A stretch of 32,000 nucleotides of DNA from positions 1 to 32,000 of the forward strand of contig JANRLW010000115.1 in assembly GCA_033762295.1 (NCBI GenBank). Reading direction: 5' to 3'. The position numbers were made by a program, and so were the translations under genes. The stretch comes from Capsulimonadales bacterium (GTDB taxonomy: Bacteria; Armatimonadota; Armatimonadia; Armatimonadales; Armatimonadaceae). The notes below the pieces were generated by a model that saw nothing but the letters and a program-made list of their open reading frames with translations, made no database searches and was not told where the DNA came from. Positions 6,546 through 15,064 of this stretch are shown here, piece by piece (position 1 is the stretch's first letter; each line of letters starts with the position of its first letter).

Positions 6546-6848
6546 TCACGGGCCGGGGGAAATGCCGTTCTTTTCCAGGCGATAGCCGAGAGCGGTGATC
6601 ATCCGTAACGTCTCCATCGCGGTGTTCCGATCGTACTCCTTTTCGATCTCGGACAGTTCTTCGTACGGGATCAGGCAGGGATGCTCCTTCCGCGTATCGT
6701 CCCGTTTCGGACCGTATCGCCAGCCCTCGGACAGCCGCTGCCTGGCCCACACCTCGTGCGTGTTCCGGGCGAGCAGTTCGGTCAGTTCGACCACTTCCGG
6801 CGTCAGAGTGACCCGGGACGTATCCAGGGGTTCGGGTGTATATTCCAT
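6546..6848 (-). CDS. Stand-alone single RyR-domain protein (100 aa)
   Basis: LARNTHEVWARQRLSEGWRYGPKRDDTRKEHPCLIPYEELSEIEKEYDRNTAMETL matches the RyR-repeat pattern (HE.W....GW.YG..RD...K.HP.L.PY.EL.E.EK..DR) and the second repeat of the adjacent channel. It ends 36 nt upstream of the channel start. Confidence 0.8.
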   Translation of the reverse strand: MEYTPEPLDTSRVTLTPEVVELTELLARNTHEVWARQRLSEGWRYGPKRDDTRKEHPCLIPYEELSEIEKEYDRNTAMETLRMITALGYRLEKNGISPGP

Positions 6849-6921
6849 CTATCGACTCGCTTTGCCTTTTTCCTCATATCGGCATTCCGGAAGCGGACCC
6901 GAAGGTATGAGACGGTATCCG

Positions 6922-8613
6922 TCATCCTTTAAATCGCAGGTCGATATGGGTTCCGTCACAGAACGGCTTGTTTTGCGACCCGCCGCAACGACAGAGGGTG
7001 ACCCGATTACGGATTTCCGCCGGTTTGCCATCGGCGCGCTCGACCGTCAATCCGCCCATTGCCCAGAGCGGACCGTTGCCGATCACCGAGATCTCCTGCG
7101 GCAGGTGCGGTTCGATTGTCTCGCCGGACGGCAGCAGTTCGTAGGTCAGGGCGCCGCTCGGGCAGCGTTCGATCATCGCGATCACCTGCGATCGCACGGC
7201 GATGTCGTCGGTCTTTTCGGCCATCTCCCAGACATCGGTCACTTTATTTTCGCAGAAGGTGGCGAACGCGCAGAGGGTCCGGTCATGCTTCACAGTCAAC
7301 TGCGTGCCCGGATACGGCACGGCGCGATCGGCACGCGGCGCAGGATCGGCGGTCTCGGTTCCGTCGAAGCGCTCTGCGACATGGCTGCCATCGCAGTACG
7401 GTTTGGCATCCGACTTGCCGCAACGGCAGAGGGCGCAGAACTCGCCGGTATCCACCGGACCCTCGCGCCGCCAGGTAAGCGGTTCGCCCTGTTCAGAAAC
7501 GATCGCGCTCTTGCGCCGGATCGGGATTCCGCCCTCCACAATGTAGGGGCCGTTCGGACGAACGGCGATCCGGGGCGATTTTCGCCGTCCGTAGCCGGGC
7601 GGGACATACTCGAATGTCAGGCCGACCGTCGTTTCTCCGTCCCCCGAGGGCATCCGCACCAGTTCCAGAGCGCGGTATCGTACCTCGTACATCAGGCCGA
7701 CGGCCACCGCCATTCGTCCCGGTTCGCCGTTGAAGCTGCGGTGCATCTCCCGGAGCATCACGGAGTAAGCGCCGTTGAAATCCTCCAGGGCGATCCGTTG
7801 CGGACTGTCGACCGCGAAATCGGCGGTTCGGCCGTTCGCGCGTACCGGGAAAACGGCCTCCCAATCGACCGGGAACGGTTCGCCGGTCGGCCCGGATTCC
7901 GGCGTGTCCCCCTCCTGATAGCTGCGCTCGACCAGCAGTTCGTGGAATCGGAAATAGTGCGACAACTCCTGCCGTTCCGGATCGAACATCGTGCGGTCGC
8001 CGTCCCAGATCGAATGATGGTCCATCCCCTCGCCCTGCTCGACGATCTCTTTCAGGGCGGCGAGAGCCGAGTTCAGGTCGAAGACCGGCAGCACCTTGCC
8101 GCTGCCGTAGTAATGGAAGTTTTTGTCGGTCAGCTGTCGGGCAGGGTTCCCCGTAAAGACGCTCTCCTCGCCCAGTTCGTCACAGAGACGGATCAACCCC
8201 TGTTCGAGCGCCTCGTAAAACTGGCCGATGGTTTCGTAATTATCGTCCTCCGGCGGGGCGTCGGCGGGCGCGGGCATCTCAATGCGCAGAACCGTCTCGA
8301 CGAACTCCTTCGAAAACCGTCCGACCGGGACCTGAAACGCCCGATTACTGTGGGTCATGTAGCAGGGATAGGTCGGAATAAATGCCGGATGATCGAGGCT
8401 GGGCGTGCCGCCGATGGCATTGAGAACGTTGGCTGCCAGCGTCATGTGCAGCATCTCCTCGATGGCGACGCTGAGCAGCACCTTCGCCGCCTCGCGATTC
8501 CGGTCGGGATGCAGAGAATACAGCGCGGTCAGGTACGGCGGGAGGGTCGAATGCTCCAGTTCGATCGCCCACTGGAGATGGGTCCGCAGGTCCTCGATGT
8601 TCCGAATAGCCAT
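6922..8613 (-). CDS. Ferritin-like (di-iron ExxH) domain protein fused to an Fe-S region with two CDGSH motifs
   Basis: N-terminal WAIELEHSTLPPYLTALYSL and AIEEMLHMTLAANVLNAIGG give two ExxH motifs. C-terminal CRCGKSDAKPYCDGSH and CRCGGSQNKPFCDGTH are canonical CDGSH. Between them lies a Cys-rich segment (TLCAFATFCENK...ERCPSGA). I prefer the start at the ATG at 8613 (MAIRNIEDL, GGTGGA upstream); the in-frame alternative at 8724 cannot be excluded. Confidence 0.75.
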   Translation of the reverse strand: MAIRNIEDLRTHLQWAIELEHSTLPPYLTALYSLHPDRNREAAKVLLSVAIEEMLHMTLAANVLNAIGGTPSLDHPAFIPTYPCYMTHSNRAFQVPVGRFSKEFVETVLRIEMPAPADAPPEDDNYETIGQFYEALEQGLIRLCDELGEESVFTGNPARQLTDKNFHYYGSGKVLPVFDLNSALAALKEIVEQGEGMDHHSIWDGDRTMFDPERQELSHYFRFHELLVERSYQEGDTPESGPTGEPFPVDWEAVFPVRANGRTADFAVDSPQRIALEDFNGAYSVMLREMHRSFNGEPGRMAVAVGLMYEVRYRALELVRMPSGDGETTVGLTFEYVPPGYGRRKSPRIAVRPNGPYIVEGGIPIRRKSAIVSEQGEPLTWRREGPVDTGEFCALCRCGKSDAKPYCDGSHVAERFDGTETADPAPRADRAVPYPGTQLTVKHDRTLCAFATFCENKVTDVWEMAEKTDDIAVRSQVIAMIERCPSGALTYELLPSGETIEPHLPQEISVIGNGPLWAMGGLTVERADGKPAEIRNRVTLCRCGGSQNKPFCDGTHIDLRFKG

Positions 8614-8775
8614 CTGGTTTTTCCACCGGCGGCAGGCCGGGTATCCGTCGGTAAGAATTCGTGACGTCCCTATTTTATCGTGATCCGGGGGCGGGTAATC
8701 GGGCGTTTGCGGCGGGTCTTTCAAAAGTCAGGGAGCGGTCGGGCAACCGTTCTCCTCCGTACGACGATCTTCCCG

Positions 8776-8802
8776 CCTCCGCCGCCACAAAAGCGGCGGA
8801 GG
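8776..8802 (-). other. GC-rich stem-loop after the AGE-like gene (possible terminator or RNA-stability element; no U-tract)
   Basis: Perfect 10-bp stem cctccgccgc (8776-8785) / gcggcggagg (8793-8802) with a 7-nt loop, about 20 nt downstream of the stop at 8822. Confidence 0.4.
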
Positions 8803-8821
8803 CAGGATACGGACGATCCGT

Positions 8822-10708
8822 TTACACGGGGACGATACGGACTTTGACCTTCATCTCCGGCTTGATCTGCTGCAGTTTGACGCCACCGGCGCGGCGGCGT
8901 TCGAGCAGGTCGGTCGGGTGCAGGGACGCGACATCCGGCAGGGTGACGGTCAGCGCGTCGGCGTCGAAGTTCGTATATTCCTCGCCGTTGATCCACACCG
9001 CGTCCAGCTTGACGCTGCCCGGCGGCAGGATGTCCGGAGAGACGCGCAGGATATTGTCCTTGAACGCGCCCGGCTGCGGCTTGAAGTAGAAGTCCATCGG
9101 CTGCTTCATCACCAGCAGGTTGCTGTAAACGGCGGCAAGGTAGCAGAGTTCCGTCGAGTGGTACGCGCCCATCGAGTGGCTACCCTTGTCGCGTTCGTTG
9201 CCGAGCAGGTACGGCAGACCGTTCGCCAGGACGTTGAAGTAGACCGCGCCGGAATCGGTATCGAGGAACCAGGCGTTGTAGAACGCCGCCGACTCCTCGG
9301 CCAGCTTCTTGTAGGTCGGGTTCTCCAGGCATCCGGCCAGGATGAAGTAGGCGAGAATCCCCTGCTCCTGCTGCCACCAGGCCTTGCGGTCGTGGAACGC
9401 CAGCCGGTGGAACGTCTCTCCCTCGCCCAGTTGTCGCTCCAGCACGTCGTACCAGCCGCCCCGCTGCTTGTCCATCGCGACGGCCGGCATGGTATCGGCC
9501 AGTTTGGTGGCCAGGGCGACATACTTCTCCTTCGGCAGCGCCGAGTTCATCCGCATCAGGTTCCAGGCGATCTTCAGGTCATGACCGCCGACCGCGCGAT
9601 CCTGCTGCCAGCCCCAGGTCTTGTCCGGGCTCCAGTCCTCGTAGAACTTCTCCTGTACGAACGGGCTACCGTCCTTCGCGGGGAACTTCTCCTCGATGAG
9701 GTCGAAGACATACTCCAGGAAGTCCAGATACTTCTGCTCGCCGGTCGCCAGGTAGAGGTTGATCAGGTAGGCCGGAGCATGGTCACCGACCGAGTTCCAG
9801 TTCTTGCGAGCGCAGTTGTGGGCAAGCGATTCCGCCTTCGGGTCGAACGTATCGGTCGTGATGTGCGAGTAGTAGCCGGCCTGCGCGGACTCATCCTTGA
9901 AATACCGGTTGAACAGATTGATCGTCTTCTCGGTATCGGCCAGGATGCTGGGATCGCCGGTGATACGGTAGGTCTGGATCGGGCCGGCGAGAGCGTAGAT
10001 CTGCTCGTACGCCGGAATCGCGCCCCAGTCGTCGCCGAAGAGCGAGCCCAGCACTTCATGGACGCCATCCGGTTGCATATCGAGGGCGTGCAGCCAGTAG
10101 ACGACGCCTTCGTTCTCCTTGTCGCGCTTGCAGATATTGCGCTGCAGGTACTTGGTGCCCTTCTCGGCCGCTTCCAGGAAGCGGTCTTCGCCGGTCATCA
10201 GGTAGGCGGTCGCGAACCCGTAGACGGTGCGGGAGATGGTGTCGGTCTCCTGCAGGGTGGTTCCGAGCTTGCTGCCGTCCAGGTAAAGCTGGGTGCGATA
10301 CTTGGTGTAGTCGATCGGGCCGCCCTCGAACTGCGAGTTGATATAGAAGTCGGCCAGTTCGCGCACCTGGTTGATCCACCAGTCCTGCTTCTCGAATACG
10401 AAATCCCCGGCCTTCTTGCCCGCGAAGACAAGATGCTTCACTTCGAACTTGTAATCGCCGCCTTCCGGGTAGTAAATGCCGTAGGCGAAGACGTAGTTCC
10501 CCACGGACAGCGCCTCGCTCAACTGCCCCATGGCGTCCTGGTAGTTCTCGCCCAGATTGCGGACATATTCGCCGAAGGTGGAGGAGGTCAGTTTGGCCTC
10601 AAATTCCTTATCGCCGGGCGTCTTCAGTCGGAAGGTACCCTGGCTCAGGTCCGCCGCCGTCACATAACCGGCGATGGTATCGGAAAACGTAAAGTCGATC
10701 TGATTCAT
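8822..10708 (-). CDS. AGE-superfamily ((alpha/alpha)6-barrel, N-acylglucosamine/cellobiose 2-epimerase-like) protein with extra N- and C-terminal domains
   Basis: 628-aa ORF with AAGGGA upstream of the ATG at 10708. The core has segments reminiscent of AGE-family repeats (TVYGFATAYLMTGEDRFLEAAEKG, AYEQIYALAGP, GGHDLKIAWNLMR, RGGWYDV, AWWQQEQGILAYFILAG). The superfamily call is moderate and the specific activity is unknown. Confidence 0.55.
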   Translation of the reverse strand: MNQIDFTFSDTIAGYVTAADLSQGTFRLKTPGDKEFEAKLTSSTFGEYVRNLGENYQDAMGQLSEALSVGNYVFAYGIYYPEGGDYKFEVKHLVFAGKKAGDFVFEKQDWWINQVRELADFYINSQFEGGPIDYTKYRTQLYLDGSKLGTTLQETDTISRTVYGFATAYLMTGEDRFLEAAEKGTKYLQRNICKRDKENEGVVYWLHALDMQPDGVHEVLGSLFGDDWGAIPAYEQIYALAGPIQTYRITGDPSILADTEKTINLFNRYFKDESAQAGYYSHITTDTFDPKAESLAHNCARKNWNSVGDHAPAYLINLYLATGEQKYLDFLEYVFDLIEEKFPAKDGSPFVQEKFYEDWSPDKTWGWQQDRAVGGHDLKIAWNLMRMNSALPKEKYVALATKLADTMPAVAMDKQRGGWYDVLERQLGEGETFHRLAFHDRKAWWQQEQGILAYFILAGCLENPTYKKLAEESAAFYNAWFLDTDSGAVYFNVLANGLPYLLGNERDKGSHSMGAYHSTELCYLAAVYSNLLVMKQPMDFYFKPQPGAFKDNILRVSPDILPPGSVKLDAVWINGEEYTNFDADALTVTLPDVASLHPTDLLERRRAGGVKLQQIKPEMKVKVRIVPV

Positions 10709-10748
10709 GTCGTTCCCTTTTCAGTGCGGCAAGGAGATGGTGGGAGGT

Positions 10749-12926
10749 CTACGCCTCCCGGGATAACAGCACAACGATGCTGCGCGCGTTGACGAAATAC
10801 GAATGCCCGGTGATTTCCACCTCCTCGCCCCACTCCTCAATGTCGTGCGGCGATGGCAGGGAGGTATCGACGGTGCGGAACCATTTTCGACCGGAAATGA
10901 CCGGCAGTTCGAAGGTCAAACCCTCATGGTGCATGTTCATCATGACATGCAGGTCCGGATCGTTTTCAAACCCGGCCATCGTATAGGCCAGCACCCGTCC
11001 GTTGGGATCGCCCCATCCCGGCGCGTTCAACTGACACCCGTGCCAGGAGATATCCGGCACCCCTCGCTCGTTCATCTTTCCGGTGAAGAAGCGGGGGCGG
11101 TGCAGTTCGTTATAGTTGCGCCGCCGGTGCGTCACGGCCGAGCAGAAGCGAAGCAGATCGGCGTTCTTTTCGGTCAGGGTCCAGTCGAACCATGTAATCT
11201 CGTTGTCCTGACAGTACGGGTTGTTGTTGCCCTTCTGGGTCCGCATCACTTCGTCCCCGGCGGTGAGCATCGGTACGCCCTGAGACAGCATCAGAATCAG
11301 GAGGAAGTTCTTCATCTGTCGGCGGCGCAGGTCGTTGACCCAGGCATCCTCGGTCGGCCCCTCGACGCCGCAGTTCCAGCTGAGGTTGTCGTCGATCCCG
11401 TCGCGGTTGTTCTCACCGTTGGCGAAGTTATGCTTGTAGTTGTAGCTGACCAGGTCGGCCATGCAGAAACCGTCGTGGCAGGTGATGAAGTTGATGCTGT
11501 TGATCGGCAGTTCGCCCGCCGCCTCGAACAGGTCCGCGCTGCCCGCAATCCGGTTCGCCACCTCGCCGATCAAACCGGGATCGCCCTTGATAAATCGTCG
11601 GATGGCGTCTCGATACTTACCGTTCCACTCGGCCCAGCGGTATCCGGGGAAGAACCCGACCTGATACAGCCCGGCGGCGTCCCACGCCTCGGCGATGATC
11701 TTGGTCTCCGCGAGGGCATCGGACAGTTCGATCTGCCAGACGACCGGGGGTGTCATCATCGGAAGGCCATCCTCGCCGCGTACGAGGATACAGGCCTCGT
11801 CGAACCGGAAGCCGTCGACGTGCATCTCCTTGACCCAGTACTCGAGGCACTCGATGATCATCTTCTCGGTGATCGGGTGGTTGGCGTTGACCGTGTTACC
11901 GCACCCGGAGTAGTCCATGTAGTACTGTCGATCCTGCGGTGAAAGGATGTAGTAGACATGGTTGGCGAGTCCGCGGAAGTTGATGGTCGGCCCCTGATGG
12001 TTGCCCTCGGTCGTATGGTTGAACACGACATCGAGAATGACTTCGATTCCCGCCCGGTGCAGGGCCTTGACCATGTCCCGGAACTCGTTGATATGCGAGC
12101 CGGCTTCGGGAGTGGTGCAGTAGCCTTTGTGCGGCGCGAAGAAGCTGACGGTGCTGTACCCCCAGTAGTTGGGCATCGGCGAGCCGTCGATCGGGCTGAG
12201 GCGGATGATCTCTTTTTCGTCGAAATCGTGAACGGGCAACAGTTCGACCGCGGTGACGCCGAGGGATTTCAGGTAGGGAATCTTCTCGATGACTCCGGCG
12301 AACGTCCCCGGATTCGCGACGCCGGAGGTCGAGGACCGGGTAAAGCCGCGCACATGCATCTCGTAGATGATGGTCTCGCTCATCGGGCGATTGAGCGGCT
12401 TATCGCCTTCCCAGTCGTAATCATCGATATCGATGACGACCCCGCGCATCGAGGTGGCGATATTGTCACCGGGACCGCAGGCGGCCGACCGATCCCAGAG
12501 CGTGTTGGTGATTCCTCGCGCGTACGGATCGATCAGCACTTTGTTGCGGTTATACCGGAACCCGTTATGCGGATCGTGCGGTCCGTCGACACGGAAGGCG
12601 TAATGCGCGCCCGGCTTCAATCCCTTGACATAGACATGCCAGAAGTGGAAGCTTTTATTGCGGGTTTCATCCAGTTCGATGACCATCTTCGGATGGAGAT
12701 CGTCATGCTCATCGAAGATCAACAGCTCCACCGCCGTCGCCTTTTCGCCGAAGATGGAGAAGTTGACGCCGTTGGCATCGGGTGTCGCGCCGAGCGGGTG
12801 CGGCCGTCCGGGCATAATTTCGTATTCGGATTCCACTTCCTGCAGGACGACGGTCGTCACCGGTTGCGTCTCATCAGGTTCGATCAGCGCTTCGTTCTCG
12901 TTTCTGGAAACGGCTTTACGGGCCAT
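10749..12926 (-). CDS. glgX: Glycogen debranching enzyme (GH13, GlgX type)
   Basis: N-terminal PLGATPDANGVNFSIFGEKATAVELLIFDE and HFWHVYVKGLKPGAHYAFRVDGP. GH13 conserved regions are GIEVILDVVFNHT, VDGFRFDEA, IIAEAWDA and FITCHDGF. Confidence 0.85.
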   Translation of the reverse strand: MARKAVSRNENEALIEPDETQPVTTVVLQEVESEYEIMPGRPHPLGATPDANGVNFSIFGEKATAVELLIFDEHDDLHPKMVIELDETRNKSFHFWHVYVKGLKPGAHYAFRVDGPHDPHNGFRYNRNKVLIDPYARGITNTLWDRSAACGPGDNIATSMRGVVIDIDDYDWEGDKPLNRPMSETIIYEMHVRGFTRSSTSGVANPGTFAGVIEKIPYLKSLGVTAVELLPVHDFDEKEIIRLSPIDGSPMPNYWGYSTVSFFAPHKGYCTTPEAGSHINEFRDMVKALHRAGIEVILDVVFNHTTEGNHQGPTINFRGLANHVYYILSPQDRQYYMDYSGCGNTVNANHPITEKMIIECLEYWVKEMHVDGFRFDEACILVRGEDGLPMMTPPVVWQIELSDALAETKIIAEAWDAAGLYQVGFFPGYRWAEWNGKYRDAIRRFIKGDPGLIGEVANRIAGSADLFEAAGELPINSINFITCHDGFCMADLVSYNYKHNFANGENNRDGIDDNLSWNCGVEGPTEDAWVNDLRRRQMKNFLLILMLSQGVPMLTAGDEVMRTQKGNNNPYCQDNEITWFDWTLTEKNADLLRFCSAVTHRRRNYNELHRPRFFTGKMNERGVPDISWHGCQLNAPGWGDPNGRVLAYTMAGFENDPDLHVMMNMHHEGLTFELPVISGRKWFRTVDTSLPSPHDIEEWGEEVEITGHSYFVNARSIVVLLSREA

Positions 12927-12992
12927 GTTCGGTCACTCTTTCCGGAGATTAGGAATGGGCGCATCGTTCGGATACGCGTCCGTTGACTCTTG

Positions 12993-13421
12993 CTACCCCT
13001 CCAGGGCGGGCGGATTCTCCTGATCGGTATAGCCCTGGCTGATCTCGACGATATTCCCGTCCGGGTCGGCGACCCAGACGGTACGCCAGCCGGGGATGAA
13101 GGCGTCGAAATCGAACGGGCCGAAGGTGACTTTCGCCTCCTCGCCCATCGCCGCCAGTGTCGCGTCCACATGATCGACCTGGAAGGCGAGATGTCGAATG
13201 GCCGGATAGGCCGGTCCGTCGTTCCCGGCGGGCGGCGCGGGCGCGTCGCCTTTGGCCTGAAACAACTCCAGATAGACATCGCCGGAGCGGACGAAAACGA
13301 TCTGTTCCTCCCCAAGCGGGATGACCCGGGCGCGTACGAAACCGAAATGCTTCGCATACCACTTTTCCGTCGCGATGGGGTCGGCGCAGGAAAGGGCAAT
13401 ATGGGAAAAACGCATTGCCAT
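12993..13421 (-). CDS. VOC family (glyoxalase/bleomycin-resistance/dioxygenase fold) protein
   Basis: 142 aa. FSHIALSCADPIATEKWYAKHFGF ... IRHLAFQVDHVDATLAAM ... WVADPDGNIVEI is the typical paired beta-alpha-beta-beta-beta pattern. Confidence 0.75.
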   Translation of the reverse strand: MAMRFSHIALSCADPIATEKWYAKHFGFVRARVIPLGEEQIVFVRSGDVYLELFQAKGDAPAPPAGNDGPAYPAIRHLAFQVDHVDATLAAMGEEAKVTFGPFDFDAFIPGWRTVWVADPDGNIVEISQGYTDQENPPALEG

Positions 13422-13464
13422 TTGCTTCAGTCTCCTGATTCGGTCGGATTTGTCTCGAAAAACG

Positions 13465-14064
13465 TCAGGCAGTCGCCGCCGCCTCTTTCTCCCGCATGCG
13501 TTCGATGATGGCGCGGGCCAGCAGGTGGCAATGCCCCCCGGTGCGCGCCGTGATCAGGTCCTCATCCACCACCACATCGGCGTCGACATAGACCGCGCCC
13601 ATATTGCGGGCGTCGCCATACAGATTGTTGTGGACGACGACATTCCGTCCGCGCACCAGTTCGGGCATCGGGGCGACCAGCCACATTCCGTGACAGATAA
13701 TACCCTTGATTACTTCCCGGTTGGCGAACGCGCGGGCGAGCAACTGGGTCGCGGGCGGCACCTTCCGGACATCCTCCGTATAGCGGAGACGGTCGGCGAC
13801 CATTCCGGCCGGGACGATGATCGCCGAGTACTCGGCCAGCATCTCGTCGGTGAACGCTTCGAAGCTTTCCTCCGGGAACGTTCCCAGGACGTGGTACTCA
13901 TGTCCCCGGAAGTCGATATGCTGTTGTCCCCAGAGGCGGGTCAGGAAGTGAACGTCGATTCCTTCCTCGGCAAAACGATGCTGATAATACCAGATTTCCG
14001 GTTCGTAGAAATCCGACTCGATCAAAATGCCGATCTTCTTGCCGGCAAGGCTGACGTCGCTCAT
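13465..14064 (-). CDS. DJ-1/PfpI family (class I glutamine-amidotransferase-like) protein
   Basis: KKIGILIESDFYEPEIWY, AIIVPAG, and the nucleophile elbow GIICHGMWLVA. AAGAAGGA precedes the ATG at 14064. Confidence 0.75.
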   Translation of the reverse strand: MSDVSLAGKKIGILIESDFYEPEIWYYQHRFAEEGIDVHFLTRLWGQQHIDFRGHEYHVLGTFPEESFEAFTDEMLAEYSAIIVPAGMVADRLRYTEDVRKVPPATQLLARAFANREVIKGIICHGMWLVAPMPELVRGRNVVVHNNLYGDARNMGAVYVDADVVVDEDLITARTGGHCHLLARAIIERMREKEAAATA

Positions 14065-14101
14065 GATTTGGTTCCTTCTTAGCGGCTCACTTCCCGCGAC
14101 T

Positions 14102-14995
14102 CTATTCGGCGGTTTTCTTTCGCGATTTTTCCGGTCCGACGTAGATGAAGTCGGTCATTTCGAAGACATTCACATTGCGGGCGGTATCATTCCGGATGAT
14201 CCAGCGGCGCGGATACCAGCCCGGCTTCGGGTAGACCGCCGGCTGCGGAATGAGGTCCGTTTCAAACTGATCGGGTTCCACCAGACCGGTCGGGCTGTCA
14301 AACGCCTTGCGGACGTTGGTACCGACGACCATCCCGTTCATATGCGCGTTGTAGTATAGAAAGTTCTGCCCGATGGTGATCCGTGCGGGTTGCCCGACCG
14401 GCTTGTTCGGAATATCATAGCTGACGCCGACCCCCGGAACGACCGTGTCGGGTACCCCACGGGTGACCGTCGGCGGCACCTCCTCGGCTACGGGATACTG
14501 CAGTTCGTTGACGAATCCGGGACTGGGCTGCTGCGGCGGATTCAGCAAAAAAACGGCATGAAAGTGTTCCGGTTCTTGCTCGGGACGATACTGGTCGATC
14601 GGATGGCCGGTGAAGTAAAAGAGGGCCATCTGCTTGAATGCGGTAACGGACGCCTCCGGCGGCAACGGAATAAAGTAGACATTCGGTCCTTCATCCGTAA
14701 TCGCTGTCGGCGGCTGGTTATCCCGCCCGGTTCGGTAGAGTTCGAACCCGACCGACTGGGGAACGCCACGATCCAGCGTCACGAAACTGCGTCCGAGCCG
14801 CGATGGCCCGCTCGGGCCATTGAAGATCGGCGGTTCGGGACCGAAGAAGGTTCCGGTCAGCCCGGACTGTGCGCTACCGAGGTCGCCGCTTCCGCTGCCG
14901 CACCCGGCGACCACGCCCGCCAGACCGACGCCGACAAAGGTGCAGGCGATCAACGTTCGGAAGACCCGGTTTTTGAATGTTTTTTGCTTGGTCAT
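14102..14995 (-). CDS. Uncharacterised lipoprotein, family A copy 1 (paralog of 16201..17073)
   Basis: Signal peptide plus lipobox (FVGVGLAGVVAGC). It shares blocks with the paralog: GRSFVTLDRGVP / GRTFVTLNNGIP, YFIPLPPEA / FYLPLPPEA, GVGVSYD / GVGVAYE, GQNFLYY / GQNYFYF, PAVYPKPGWYP / PVVYPKPGYYP, VFEMTDF / VFKLTDF. Confidence 0.7.
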   Translation of the reverse strand: MTKQKTFKNRVFRTLIACTFVGVGLAGVVAGCGSGSGDLGSAQSGLTGTFFGPEPPIFNGPSGPSRLGRSFVTLDRGVPQSVGFELYRTGRDNQPPTAITDEGPNVYFIPLPPEASVTAFKQMALFYFTGHPIDQYRPEQEPEHFHAVFLLNPPQQPSPGFVNELQYPVAEEVPPTVTRGVPDTVVPGVGVSYDIPNKPVGQPARITIGQNFLYYNAHMNGMVVGTNVRKAFDSPTGLVEPDQFETDLIPQPAVYPKPGWYPRRWIIRNDTARNVNVFEMTDFIYVGPEKSRKKTAE

Positions 14996-15064
14996 CTTTT
15001 CCTTACTTCTCTCCGGAGACGGCGTTGCGAGCGTCCGCCGCTCGCAACGCCATCCGAACTCGCA

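Noticed and set aside
6849-6921. Terminator or promoter between the ferritin-like gene and the RyR gene
   Set aside because: There are only weak, interrupted inverted repeats (ctcata...tatgag, ttccggaa) and no U-tract or convincing -35/-10, so I cannot call either element.
8614-8724. Longer start (8724) for the ferritin-like gene
   Set aside because: Not firmly rejected. The 37 extra residues (MKDPPQTPDYPPPDHDK...) are Pro-rich and precede the conserved domain. A -10-like GATAAAAT lies downstream of 8724 on the coding strand. I prefer 8613, but this needs experimental or comparative support.
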